Assembly (NCBI GenBank): GCA_016867135.1
Contig: VGKH01000003.1
Coordinates: 1-57,894, forward strand
Length of the DNA: 57,894 bases
Direction of reading: 5' to 3'
Source of the DNA: Candidatus Omnitrophota bacterium
GTDB lineage: Bacteria > Omnitrophota > Gorgyraeia > VGKH01
This document shows positions 45,053 through 53,615 of this stretch, in pieces. The notes beneath the pieces were generated by a model, which worked only from the letters and a program-made list of their open reading frames with translations, was not told where the DNA came from and searched no databases. The position numbers were made by a program, and so were the translations under genes. Within the stretch, counting starts at the first letter, position 1. Each line of letters starts with the position of its first letter.

Positions 45053-45951
45053 TTTTTTAATTCTCCGGCGGCCTTGAGCAATAAGTCTTTTTCCTGCGGA
45101 TTAAGTTTTAACTCAATGATATTTTTTATGCCGGATTTTCCTAGTCTTACCGGCACACCAATAAAAACATCCTTTAGGCCATATTCTCCGTTTAGATATA
45201 CTGAGGCGACAGTCTCTCCATTCTCATCTTTGACTATAGATTCTACCATCTCGGATATAGCTGCCGAGGGAGCAAAATAGGCACTGCCCGAACCTAAATG
45301 CGCAACTATTGTTGCGCCGCGCTGGACAGTAGCCTCGGTCAAATCATTGATTTTCTTTTCATCAAGTAAATTCGAAAGAGCTTTTCCCTTGACCTTGGTA
45401 AAACGCGCCAAAGGAAGCATACCTTTACCGTGGACTCCAATCACTATAGCCTCAACTTCAGATACGCCAACCTTAAGCTCTTGAGAAACAAGATTGGCAA
45501 AGCGGGCCGAATCCAGGCTTACTCCTAAGCCTATGATTCTTTTGGTATCAAAATTGGTAATCTTATGGAAAACCTGCGCCATCAGATCAACCGGATTGGT
45601 CAAAATGATTACCACTGCCTTAGAATTTAACGATTTTATTTTTAGGGCAACGTCTTTGATTATCTCGACGTTTTTATTAAGCAGGTCTTCCCTGGTCATC
45701 CCGGGCTTGCGGGGAAAACCGGCGGTGATAACAATCACGTCGGCATCTTTGACTTGCGAAAAATCTTCGGTAGATTTTATTGTGGAGTCAACTTTAAATA
45801 CGGAAAGGGAATCTTCTAAATCCAGGGATTTGCCTCTAGCAATATCTTTAGCTATATCTATGATGATGACGTCGGCTATAGCTTTTTCTACGATTCGCAT
45901 GGCTGTAAGGCTGCCGACATTACCGGCTCCGATTATCGCAACTTTCGGCAT
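45034..45951 (-). CDS. mdh: Malate dehydrogenase (LDH-like family)
   Basis: Contains KVAIIGAGNVG and GFPRKPGMTREDLL (Arg at the substrate-specificity position). Confidence 0.85.
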   Translation of the reverse strand: MPKVAIIGAGNVGSLTAMRIVEKAIADVIIIDIAKDIARGKSLDLEDSLSVFKVDSTIKSTEDFSQVKDADVIVITAGFPRKPGMTREDLLNKNVEIIKDVALKIKSLNSKAVVIILTNPVDLMAQVFHKITNFDTKRIIGLGVSLDSARFANLVSQELKVGVSEVEAIVIGVHGKGMLPLARFTKVKGKALSNLLDEKKINDLTEATVQRGATIVAHLGSGSAYFAPSAAISEMVESIVKDENGETVASVYLNGEYGLKDVFIGVPVRLGKSGIKNIIELKLNPQEKDLLLKAAGELKKCTISV

Positions 45952-47012
45952 ATTGCCTCCGCCATTTGTTTTGTGCCTACTGCGGTGGGATCGTTCCTGT
46001 CTTGCTTCAAATCGTAAGTAACCGATTTTCCTTCTTTTAAAACTTCCTTTACCGCGTTTTCTAATCTATCTGCAGCTTTGGTTTCGCCGATGTGTCTTAG
46101 CATTAATACGGCAGATAAGATCATCGCTGTGGGATTGACTTTATTTTGGCCGGTATATTTCGGGGCTGAACCATGCACGGCTTCAAAAAGCGCGATTTGG
46201 TCTCCGATATTAGCTCCGGGTGCGATGCCTAAACCACCGACTAAGCCAGCGCAGAGATCCGAGATTATATCGCCGTAAAGATTAGGCAGGACCAATACAT
46301 CAAAATTCTTTGGCTTCTGGACTAACTGCATAGCCATATTATCCACTATCGCTTCTTCAAACTGAATGTCGCTATATTTCTTGGCAACTTCCCTTGCGGT
46401 TCTTAAGAATAAACCGTCAGAAAACTTCATAATGTTCGCTTTATGGATTGCGGTGACTTTTTTGCGGTTATTCTTCCTGGCATACTCAAAGGCGAATCTG
46501 ACAATACGTTCTGAGGCAAAACTTGAAATGGGTTTTATGGAAATCGCCGAGTCTTCTCTTATTTCTCTTTTTGAGAGAGCCTCAATCTTTTTAATCAACT
46601 CTTTAGTTTCGGGCTTTTTGTCTTCAAATTCTATTCCGGCGTATAAATCCTCTGTGTTCTCCCTGACGACAACAAGATCCAAACCTTTAAATAAGGATTT
46701 GGTGCCCTCGTATGATTTAGCCGGCCTTAAGCAGGCATACAAATCCAAGGCCTGCCTCATTTGCACGTTAACCGAACGAAATCCTCCGGCAATAGGAGTT
46801 ACGATCGGCCCCTTGATTGCGACTTTATTCTTCTTGATTAAAGCTAATGTCTCATCGGGAAGCGGCTTGCCGAACTTCTTTATCGCGTCCTCGCCAGCGA
46901 TAGCCTCTTGCCAATCAATTTTTACTCCCGTCGCATCAACACAAACCTTAGCTGCTTCGGAAACCTCATAACCTATGCCATCCCCGGGAATGAAAGTAAT
47001 CTTATAGCTCAT
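45933..47012 (-). CDS. Isocitrate / homoisocitrate (beta-decarboxylating) dehydrogenase
   Basis: Contains PGDGIG, GFRSVNV.MRQALDLYACLRP and NLYGDI.SD motifs. Confidence 0.8.
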   Translation of the reverse strand: MSYKITFIPGDGIGYEVSEAAKVCVDATGVKIDWQEAIAGEDAIKKFGKPLPDETLALIKKNKVAIKGPIVTPIAGGFRSVNVQMRQALDLYACLRPAKSYEGTKSLFKGLDLVVVRENTEDLYAGIEFEDKKPETKELIKKIEALSKREIREDSAISIKPISSFASERIVRFAFEYARKNNRKKVTAIHKANIMKFSDGLFLRTAREVAKKYSDIQFEEAIVDNMAMQLVQKPKNFDVLVLPNLYGDIISDLCAGLVGGLGIAPGANIGDQIALFEAVHGSAPKYTGQNKVNPTAMILSAVLMLRHIGETKAADRLENAVKEVLKEGKSVTYDLKQDRNDPTAVGTKQMAEAICRKLR

Positions 47013-47509
47013 ATCTTTAACCCACCATATTTTTTGACATGCGCTACGACTCCTCCGTCGGCAAGCAGATTCATCATAATCTTAGAAAGCGCAGCTGTTT
47101 TTAATATCTTCTTTCTGGTTAAATTAGTTATTTGGCCCTTAGCCAAGTCTATTTCAAGATTGTCCTGTTCTTTTATACTGTCTGTATTAGTCTCAATCAA
47201 AGGCAGCCCGATATTAAAGCTGTTTCGATAAAATATGCGGGCAAAGCTTTTGGCTACCACCGCAATAATTCCAGCCTGTTTTATTACCAAAGGCGCCTGT
47301 TCTCGGGATGAACCCATGCCAAAGTTTTCACCCGCTACAAGAATGGACTTACCCGGCTTTAATCTTTTGTAGAAATTTGGCTCAATATCTTCCATTAAAT
47401 GTTTGGCCAATTCATTCATGTTGGTGACGGCAAATTTATACCTACCAGATATAATCCAATCCGTATTTATATTATCAGGGAACTTGTAGGCAAAACCTTG
47501 AAGCTTCAT
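47009..47509 (-). CDS. Aconitase-family dehydratase small subunit (LeuD/HacB-like)
   Basis: 166 aa. It has a swivel-domain [11 protein letters not shown] motif. Confidence 0.8.
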   Translation of the reverse strand: MKLQGFAYKFPDNINTDWIISGRYKFAVTNMNELAKHLMEDIEPNFYKRLKPGKSILVAGENFGMGSSREQAPLVIKQAGIIAVVAKSFARIFYRNSFNIGLPLIETNTDSIKEQDNLEIDLAKGQITNLTRKKILKTAALSKIMMNLLADGGVVAHVKKYGGLKI

Positions 47510-47510
47510 T

Positions 47511-48557
47511 TTATAAGTGCTTAAATTCTTCCGGGTTCTTTAACTTGCTTTTTGCCGCTTCAAAGCTGATGATTCCGGCTTGATACAATTCTTTCAAAGA
47601 TTTATCCATTGTCTTCATGCCGTATTGACTGCCAGTTTGAATCATGGTAGGAATCTGTTCAATCTCTTGCTCACGGATTAAATTTCTTATTCCAGGCGTA
47701 GCGATAAGCACTTCGGTCGACAAAACTCTTCCCTGTCCGCTCATTCGGGGCAAAAGAAGCTGCGAAACTATACCTTGCAAGCAGTCGGAAAGCTGTAATT
47801 TTACCTGCTGTTGCTGGTATGGCGGGAATACATCGATGATTCTTTCTATTGTCTGAGGAGCATCCGGAGTATGTAATGTCGCTAAAACCAAATGACCAGT
47901 CTCGGCAGCAGTCAAAGTCGTGGAAATAGTCTCCAAATCACGCATTTCTCCTACGACGATTACATCGGGATCCTGCCTTAAGCAATGCCTGAGCGCTTCT
48001 GCAAAAGAATTGGTATCAGCGTGCACTTCCCTCTGCTTGATAATACTTTTTTTGTTTACGTGCACAAACTCAATAGGATCCTCAATACAGATAATTAAAT
48101 CTTCGCGTTCATTATTAATAAGCTCAAGCATCGCTGCCAAAGTAGTGGTCTTGCCCACTCCTGTAGGACCGGTAACTAAAACTAATCCGTTGGGTTTGCG
48201 CGCCAAATCAACGCAAACTTTTGGCAAGCCCAATTCTTCAACGGTAGGAACAAAATTCGGTATTCTTCTAAACGCTGCCTCTATTGAACCTCTTTGAATA
48301 TGCACGTTTACCCTGAATCTATCCATACCGGGAAGTGCCAAAGACATATCAAGCTCTTTATCCCTCTCAAACATTTCTTTCTGGATATCCGTCATCATGC
48401 TATATATAAGACGCTTTGTATCCTCTCTTTGGAGAGGCGAAAACTTTGTCAACATTAATTTCCCATCTACTCTTAATATCGGAGGGGTATTCTCGGTTAA
48501 ATGCAAGTCTGAAGCCTTCTTCTCGATAGTCAACATAAGCAGATCTTTTAATTCCAT
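47511..48557 (-). CDS. pilT: Type IV pilus retraction ATPase PilT
   Basis: Contains ASDLHL, GPTGVGKTT, IEDPIEF and AHLVLATLHT-like blocks. I placed the start at 48557 (AAAGGAGG upstream). Confidence 0.9.
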   Translation of the reverse strand: MELKDLLMLTIEKKASDLHLTENTPPILRVDGKLMLTKFSPLQREDTKRLIYSMMTDIQKEMFERDKELDMSLALPGMDRFRVNVHIQRGSIEAAFRRIPNFVPTVEELGLPKVCVDLARKPNGLVLVTGPTGVGKTTTLAAMLELINNEREDLIICIEDPIEFVHVNKKSIIKQREVHADTNSFAEALRHCLRQDPDVIVVGEMRDLETISTTLTAAETGHLVLATLHTPDAPQTIERIIDVFPPYQQQQVKLQLSDCLQGIVSQLLLPRMSGQGRVLSTEVLIATPGIRNLIREQEIEQIPTMIQTGSQYGMKTMDKSLKELYQAGIISFEAAKSKLKNPEEFKHL

Positions 48558-48567
48558 TAAAACCTCC

Positions 48568-48750
48568 TTTAATGAGCACATAACTTACGAACATGAAATG
48601 TGAGTAAGTTATAAGTGCGAATTAAATCCTTGACAATTTTTGAAATAACAGTCGCTTTCGCAAATAACCCTTGACCAAAAATTGTCAAGGATCAAATTCA
48701 GCCATCAAACTTACGTTCACTAACGTTCCGTAAGTTTGGGCTTCATTTGA
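48568..48750. repeat. Intercistronic quasi-palindromic element, copy 7
   Basis: Module order is TTTAATGAGCAC, H1, AAGTGCGAATTAAAT, H2 (CCTTGACAATTTTT/AAAAATTGTCAAGG), TCAAATTCAG, H3 (CAAACTTACG..CGTAAGTTTG). The right arm overlaps the 3' end of the leuC-like gene. Confidence 0.85.
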
Positions 48751-49997
48751 TATTTTCTAGGATCAGTTATCTTACCCTCTATTGCAGAGGCGGCTACAGT
48801 AGCTGGTGATGCCAAATAAATAAATGCCGATGGATTTCCCATCCTACCTTTAAAATTCCTGTTTGCCGTAGAAATAACTACTTCTCCGTCGGCAGGTACT
48901 CCATGATGCGTGCCCACGCAGGGACCGCAACCCGGATTGACCACTACCGCGCCTGCCTGAACAAAATCCTGAATATAGCCTTTTTTCATCGCTTCAAGAA
49001 AAATCCTGGAAGAGGCTGGCGCAACAACCAGCTTGGTTCCTTTATTGACAGTTTTGCCTTTCAATATGCCAGAGGCAATTTTTAAATCTTCTAATCTGCC
49101 ATTGGTGCAGGTTCCGACATATGCCTGATCAATAGATTTCCCCTTTACTTCATTTATAGAAGCAACATTATCTACCGAATGAGGCTTGGCAACCTGAGGA
49201 GTCAATTTTGAGATATCAAAAGCCAGTGTCTTTTGATAAACCGCGGAATTATCCGCATTTACCGGAGAATATTTTCTAGTAACATTATGGTCCTTTAGCC
49301 ATTTATTGGTTTTGGAATCAACACTAAAAAAAGCGCATTTCGCGCCCATCTCAATAACCATGTTACTTATGGTAAAACGTCCGTCCATGCTTAAATTATC
49401 AATTGCCTGGCCATAAAACTCAATTGACTTATAGGTGCAGCCGTTGGCGCCTAATTTCCCAATAATAAATAGAATTATATCTTTTGCAAAAACGCCTTTA
49501 GGGGCTTTGCCCGTTACTTTAATCTTAAAAGTCTGAGGGACTCTAAACCAGTTTTTTCCCGTAGATAAACTTATGGCCAAATCCGTGGAACCCATACCCG
49601 TGGCAAAGGCATTTAAAGCTCCGTAAGTACAGGTATGCGAATCCGCACCTACGATTAAATCTCCCGGCAGCACTCTTCCCGACTCCGGGATTACCTGATG
49701 ACATACCCCGCAACCTATGTCAAAAAGATCCACATTTCTTTCTTGGGCGAATTTACGCATCTTATCGTGGACCTTTGAGACTCCCATTGATGGGCTGGGC
49801 GCGCTATGGTCGATGACCATACAAAAATTCCTATTTTTTATTTTCTTTGCTCCTAATTCTTTGATTCTATCTATTATGATGCTGCTTGTCCCGTCCTGTC
49901 CGAAACAGAAATCTATATCGCATATCGCATAATCTCCGGCGCTAACGTCTTTGCCGGAATGCTTACTTAATATCTTCTCAACTATTGTTTTAGCCAT
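48720..49997 (-). CDS. Aconitase-family dehydratase large subunit (LeuC/HacA-like)
   Basis: 425 aa. Fe-S ligand regions ..ADSHTC.., ..GTCTNGR.. and ..PGCGPC.. are present. Confidence 0.85.
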   Translation of the reverse strand: MAKTIVEKILSKHSGKDVSAGDYAICDIDFCFGQDGTSSIIIDRIKELGAKKIKNRNFCMVIDHSAPSPSMGVSKVHDKMRKFAQERNVDLFDIGCGVCHQVIPESGRVLPGDLIVGADSHTCTYGALNAFATGMGSTDLAISLSTGKNWFRVPQTFKIKVTGKAPKGVFAKDIILFIIGKLGANGCTYKSIEFYGQAIDNLSMDGRFTISNMVIEMGAKCAFFSVDSKTNKWLKDHNVTRKYSPVNADNSAVYQKTLAFDISKLTPQVAKPHSVDNVASINEVKGKSIDQAYVGTCTNGRLEDLKIASGILKGKTVNKGTKLVVAPASSRIFLEAMKKGYIQDFVQAGAVVVNPGCGPCVGTHHGVPADGEVVISTANRNFKGRMGNPSAFIYLASPATVAASAIEGKITDPRKYQMKPKLTER

Positions 49998-51142
49998 TGA
50001 GTGATTCTATCCATGCCTTTTTTGATGCTTTCAAGATCTGTGGCGAAGCTTATACGCACAAAATCATCTCTGCCGAAATCCTTGCCCGGGATAAGCGCAA
50101 CCTTAGTATCTTCAAGAAGCTTCTTGGCAAATTCGTGTGAACCCATCTTAGTCTGGGAAATATTGCAGAACAAATAAAACGCCCCTTGCGGCTTGACATA
50201 ACTTAATTTCTTAATCTTATCGATTCTTTCAATCAGATAATTGCGCCTCTTCTGGAATTCTTCGCGCATCTTTATGACTTCGTTTTCCGGCATCTTTAAC
50301 GCCGCCAAAGCAGCTACCTGGCTAATTGATGTGGGATTTGACGTCGAGTGGTCTTGTATCCTTTTTATGGCATTGGCTATTTCCTGCGGCGCTCCCAAAT
50401 ATCCAATACGCCATCCGGTCATGGAAAATGCCTTGGACATGCCGTTAACCGTAATAGTCAAATCGCAGATATCTTTTCCGAATGAAGCAATGGAGACATG
50501 TTTTTGATTATCGTATATCAGCTTTTCATAAATCTCATCGCTAATCACGAAAATTTTATTAGCGACGCAAATTCTGGCGATCTTTTCTAGCTCTTGGCGG
50601 CTATATACCGAACCGGTAGGATTAGACGGAGAATTCAAAACAAATGCTTTGGTTTTCTTGCTAACAGCCTTCTCTAATTTATTGAAATCTATCTTGAAAT
50701 TGTTCTGGGGTTCTGTTTCTAAAAATACAGTCTTGGCCTCAGCTAACTTCACCATCTCGGGATAGCTTACCCAGAAAGGCGAAGGCATTATTACCTCATC
50801 ATCCCTCTCGATTAATGCTTCCACAATATTAAACAGGGAATGCTTCGCCCCGCAAGAGACAATAATCTGGTCAGGAGAATAATCTAGGGAATTATCTTTC
50901 TTGAATTTCTCGCAAATCGCTTCTTTTAATTCCTGAGTACCTGTAGAAGGGGTGTATTTAGTGAAGCCTTTGTTGATGGAATCAATTGCGGCTTGTTTTA
51001 TCTCTTTGGGCGTATCAAAATCTGGTTCGCCGGCGGTAAAGTTTATGACGTCAAAGCCTTCTTTCTTTAGCTGCTTGACCTTTGAAGTCAAGGCTAAAGT
51101 AGGAGAATCCAAGACATCTTTAACTCTTCGGGCAAGATTCAT
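49982..51142 (-). CDS. Class I PLP-dependent (aspartate) aminotransferase
   Basis: Contains GEPDF, NSPSNPTG and the SKAFSMTGWRIGY PLP-lysine block. Confidence 0.88.
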   Translation of the reverse strand: MNLARRVKDVLDSPTLALTSKVKQLKKEGFDVINFTAGEPDFDTPKEIKQAAIDSINKGFTKYTPSTGTQELKEAICEKFKKDNSLDYSPDQIIVSCGAKHSLFNIVEALIERDDEVIMPSPFWVSYPEMVKLAEAKTVFLETEPQNNFKIDFNKLEKAVSKKTKAFVLNSPSNPTGSVYSRQELEKIARICVANKIFVISDEIYEKLIYDNQKHVSIASFGKDICDLTITVNGMSKAFSMTGWRIGYLGAPQEIANAIKRIQDHSTSNPTSISQVAALAALKMPENEVIKMREEFQKRRNYLIERIDKIKKLSYVKPQGAFYLFCNISQTKMGSHEFAKKLLEDTKVALIPGKDFGRDDFVRISFATDLESIKKGMDRITQWLKQ

Positions 51143-51154
51143 TTTGAATTGGGA

Positions 51155-51730
51155 TTATAATGAATCTCTTTCTTTTTTGAAAAATTTCCCAAAACCGCCG
51201 ATAAATTTCTTTGGTGGCTTGGCTTCCCTGATTTGCTTCTTCTCGCCAACAGGCTTTGGTTGGATATCGGTCTTTTCTTTTGCCTCAGGAACTTTTTCTT
51301 TGACAGGCGGATGCTTTTCCTTCTTCTCTTGCGGTTCTTCTTTAGCCTTCGCCTTCTTCGCTTTTTCTTTTATCTTTAATTCAGTAAGCTCCAAGATTGC
51401 TTCCTGCGCATTATCGCCTCTTCGGGCAATCCATTTTATAACTCGCGTGTATCCACCGTTTCTATCCTTAAAACGAGGAGCGATATCGTTGAACAATAAA
51501 CTTACCAGATTATGGTCGCAAAGAACAGAATAAGCCAGACGCTTCGCACTTAAATCGCCTCTTTTGCCCCAAGTGATGAGACGATCTACTAATTTCCTGG
51601 CTTCTTTTGCCTTTCTCTCGGTTGTTTTTATCGACTGGTATAAAAGCACGGACTTTGCCAGATCGCGAATCGTGGCTCGTCTTAATGAACTGTTTCTTCC
51701 TAATCTCTTATATGCAATTCTATGGCGCAT
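51155..51730 (-). CDS. rplQ: 50S ribosomal protein L17 with long K/E-rich C-terminal tail
   Basis: MRHR...KLGR..S.R and ..GGYTR core, plus a tail of about 70 aa (KEKAKKAKAKEEPQEKKEK..). Confidence 0.9.
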   Translation of the reverse strand: MRHRIAYKRLGRNSSLRRATIRDLAKSVLLYQSIKTTERKAKEARKLVDRLITWGKRGDLSAKRLAYSVLCDHNLVSLLFNDIAPRFKDRNGGYTRVIKWIARRGDNAQEAILELTELKIKEKAKKAKAKEEPQEKKEKHPPVKEKVPEAKEKTDIQPKPVGEKKQIREAKPPKKFIGGFGKFFKKERDSL

Positions 51731-51731
51731 A

Positions 51732-52724
51732 TTATTCTGACTTTCTTAGCTTCTTTAGATCTACCTTCATTCCTAGGGATAGACCCATACTTTTAAGAAG
51801 CGCTGATATTTCACTTAAAGATTTCTTACCGAAATTACGGACCTGCAATAGTTCCGATTCCGATTTCCTTACTAAATCTCCCAGGGACTTAATCTTTTCC
51901 TCTCTCAGACAATTGGAGCTTCTTACCGATAATTCCAATTCCGAGATGGGAAGCCTTAACTTTTCATACAGCGCTTTCTCTTCGGCTGAAATCTCTTCGA
52001 CTTCCTCTTCTTCTTCGGGAAGTTGCCCAAAATTTACAAAGACATCAAGATGCCTTTGTTCTATGTTTGCCGCGTATAAAAGCGCGTCTTTAGGGCTTAC
52101 CCCGCCGTTTGTCCAGATTTCCAGTATTAATTTGTCGTAATCTGTCCTTTGGCCCACGCGGGTATTTTCCACGTAAAAATTTACTTTCTTAACCGGAGTG
52201 AATATCGAATCTATCGCGATCGCTCCCAGCGTCTGCTCTTCTTTTTTATTCATCTCTGCCGGAACGTAACCCCTGCCTCTGCTGACCTGTAATTCCACAT
52301 TAAATTTAGTGTCTTTGGTAAGAGTGGCAATATGTAAATTGGGGCTTAAGACCTCGATAGTCTCGTCAGAAATGATATCTTTGGCGGTTATTGCTCCTTT
52401 TTTATCAGCTTTGATGTAGATTGATTTCGGCGCCTTAGAATGAGATCTCAAAACCAAATTCTTAATATTTAAGACTATGTCTGTCACGTCTTCCAAGACT
52501 CCCGGAATTGAAGAGAATTCATGAGATACGCCATCAAATTTTACAGATGTAACCGCGCTTCCTTCTATGGAAGACAAAAGTACGCGCCTTAAAGAATTAC
52601 CCAAAGTTACTCCGTAACCTCTCTCGAAAGGCTCAGCTAAAAACTTTCCGTAGGTATTGGTATACGAGGCCTCGTCACATTCCAGTCTTTTGGGCATCTG
52701 GAAATCTCTCCATTTAATCCCCAT
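51732..52724 (-). CDS. rpoA: DNA-directed RNA polymerase alpha subunit
   Basis: Contains FERGYG.TLGN.LRR.LLS and a C-terminal ..LELSVRS.NCL block. I placed the start at ATG 52724 (GAGGAGG upstream). The ORF-track extension to 52829 reads into repeat copy 8. Confidence 0.93.
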   Translation of the reverse strand: MGIKWRDFQMPKRLECDEASYTNTYGKFLAEPFERGYGVTLGNSLRRVLLSSIEGSAVTSVKFDGVSHEFSSIPGVLEDVTDIVLNIKNLVLRSHSKAPKSIYIKADKKGAITAKDIISDETIEVLSPNLHIATLTKDTKFNVELQVSRGRGYVPAEMNKKEEQTLGAIAIDSIFTPVKKVNFYVENTRVGQRTDYDKLILEIWTNGGVSPKDALLYAANIEQRHLDVFVNFGQLPEEEEEVEEISAEEKALYEKLRLPISELELSVRSSNCLREEKIKSLGDLVRKSESELLQVRNFGKKSLSEISALLKSMGLSLGMKVDLKKLRKSE

Positions 52725-52736
52725 TCTTTTCCTCCT

Positions 52737-52980
52737 CAAATGAGCAGACAATTTACGGGATGAAATGACGTAAATTGTAGTCCGCCATTGTTTCATTGGC
52801 GGGCGTCTGCGAATTTGACCCCCCACCACTTTTAGTAATGGGGCGTCTTTTTACATAAAATGTTTATCTTTCTTCCAATCCCACATCTTTAATTCCACCG
52901 CTGTTTCTAAAAGTGGTGGGGGGTAAGTTCGGACAAATAACTTATGTCGCTTTCGCTTCCATAAGTTATGTCCTCACTTA
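52737..52980. repeat. Intercistronic quasi-palindromic element, copy 8 (between rpsD and rpoA)
   Basis: Module order is CAAATGAGCAG, H1, an extra TCCGCCA..TGGCGG hairpin, CTGCGAATTTGAC, H2 (CCCCCCACCACTTTT/AAAAGTGGTGGGGGG, loop about 78 nt), TAAGTTCG, H3, CTCACTTA. The terminal motif contains the rpsD TAA stop. Confidence 0.85.
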
Positions 52981-53604
52981 TTTAGAATATAACTCTACGA
53001 TCAATTGCTCTTTAATTGGCAATTTGATATCTTCTCTTTCAGGCAATCTCAATACTTTTGCTTTAAGGTTACTCGCATCTAATTCCAGCCAAGCAGGCAT
53101 TCCGCGTTCCTTGGAGACTTCCAGGTTATTCTCCAATTTCTTGCGTAATTTCTCCTTGGCTTTGACTTCTATGACATCGTCTTTCTTTACCAAAAAAGAA
53201 GAAATGTTAACTTTATGATTATTTACGTATACATGATTATGTCCGACAATCTGCCTTGCTTCCGAACGCGAAGTAGCTAAATGAAGGTGAAAAACTACGT
53301 TGTCTAAGCGGCGCTCCAAATATTGCAGCAATGTTTCGCCGGTAACGCCCTTAGTCTCAGCTGCCTTTTCGAAATAATTACGAAATTGCTTCTCTAAAAC
53401 ACCGTATATCCTTTTTACTTTTTGTTTTTCCCTTAGCTGCTGTGCATAGTTTGATAGTTTCACCCTTGCCTGTCCATGCTGGCCAGGAGCGTATTGCCTT
53501 CTTGCAAAGGCACACTTCTCAGTAGTGCACCTTGTGCCTTTTAAGAATAATTTCATTGCTTCCCTACGACAAAGCCTACAACTTGGTCCTGTATATCTTG
53601 CCAT
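52978..53604 (-). CDS. rpsD: 30S ribosomal protein S4
   Basis: [16 protein letters not shown]-like N-terminus and an S4 domain. I placed the start at 53604. Confidence 0.93.
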   Translation of the reverse strand: MARYTGPSCRLCRREAMKLFLKGTRCTTEKCAFARRQYAPGQHGQARVKLSNYAQQLREKQKVKRIYGVLEKQFRNYFEKAAETKGVTGETLLQYLERRLDNVVFHLHLATSRSEARQIVGHNHVYVNNHKVNISSFLVKKDDVIEVKAKEKLRKKLENNLEVSKERGMPAWLELDASNLKAKVLRLPEREDIKLPIKEQLIVELYSK

Positions 53605-53615
53605 AAAACCTCTTT

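Noticed and set aside
44004-46971. Long plus-strand ORFs antisense to lpdA, mdh and the isocitrate-type dehydrogenase gene (up to 201 aa)
   Set aside because: They mirror well-supported minus-strand genes. They lack SDs and have the Ser/Leu-rich composition typical of antisense frames in AT-rich genomes.
52725-52829. N-terminal ORF-track extensions reading into repeat elements or leaders: rpoA to 52829, rpsB to 12582, msbA to 14876, btuB to 37296, rpsD to 53646, pilT to 48581, lipB to 43821, metK to 3632
   Set aside because: In each case an internal ATG with a well-spaced GGAGG-type SD gives the canonical conserved N-terminus. The extra residues are encoded by repeat or leader sequence.
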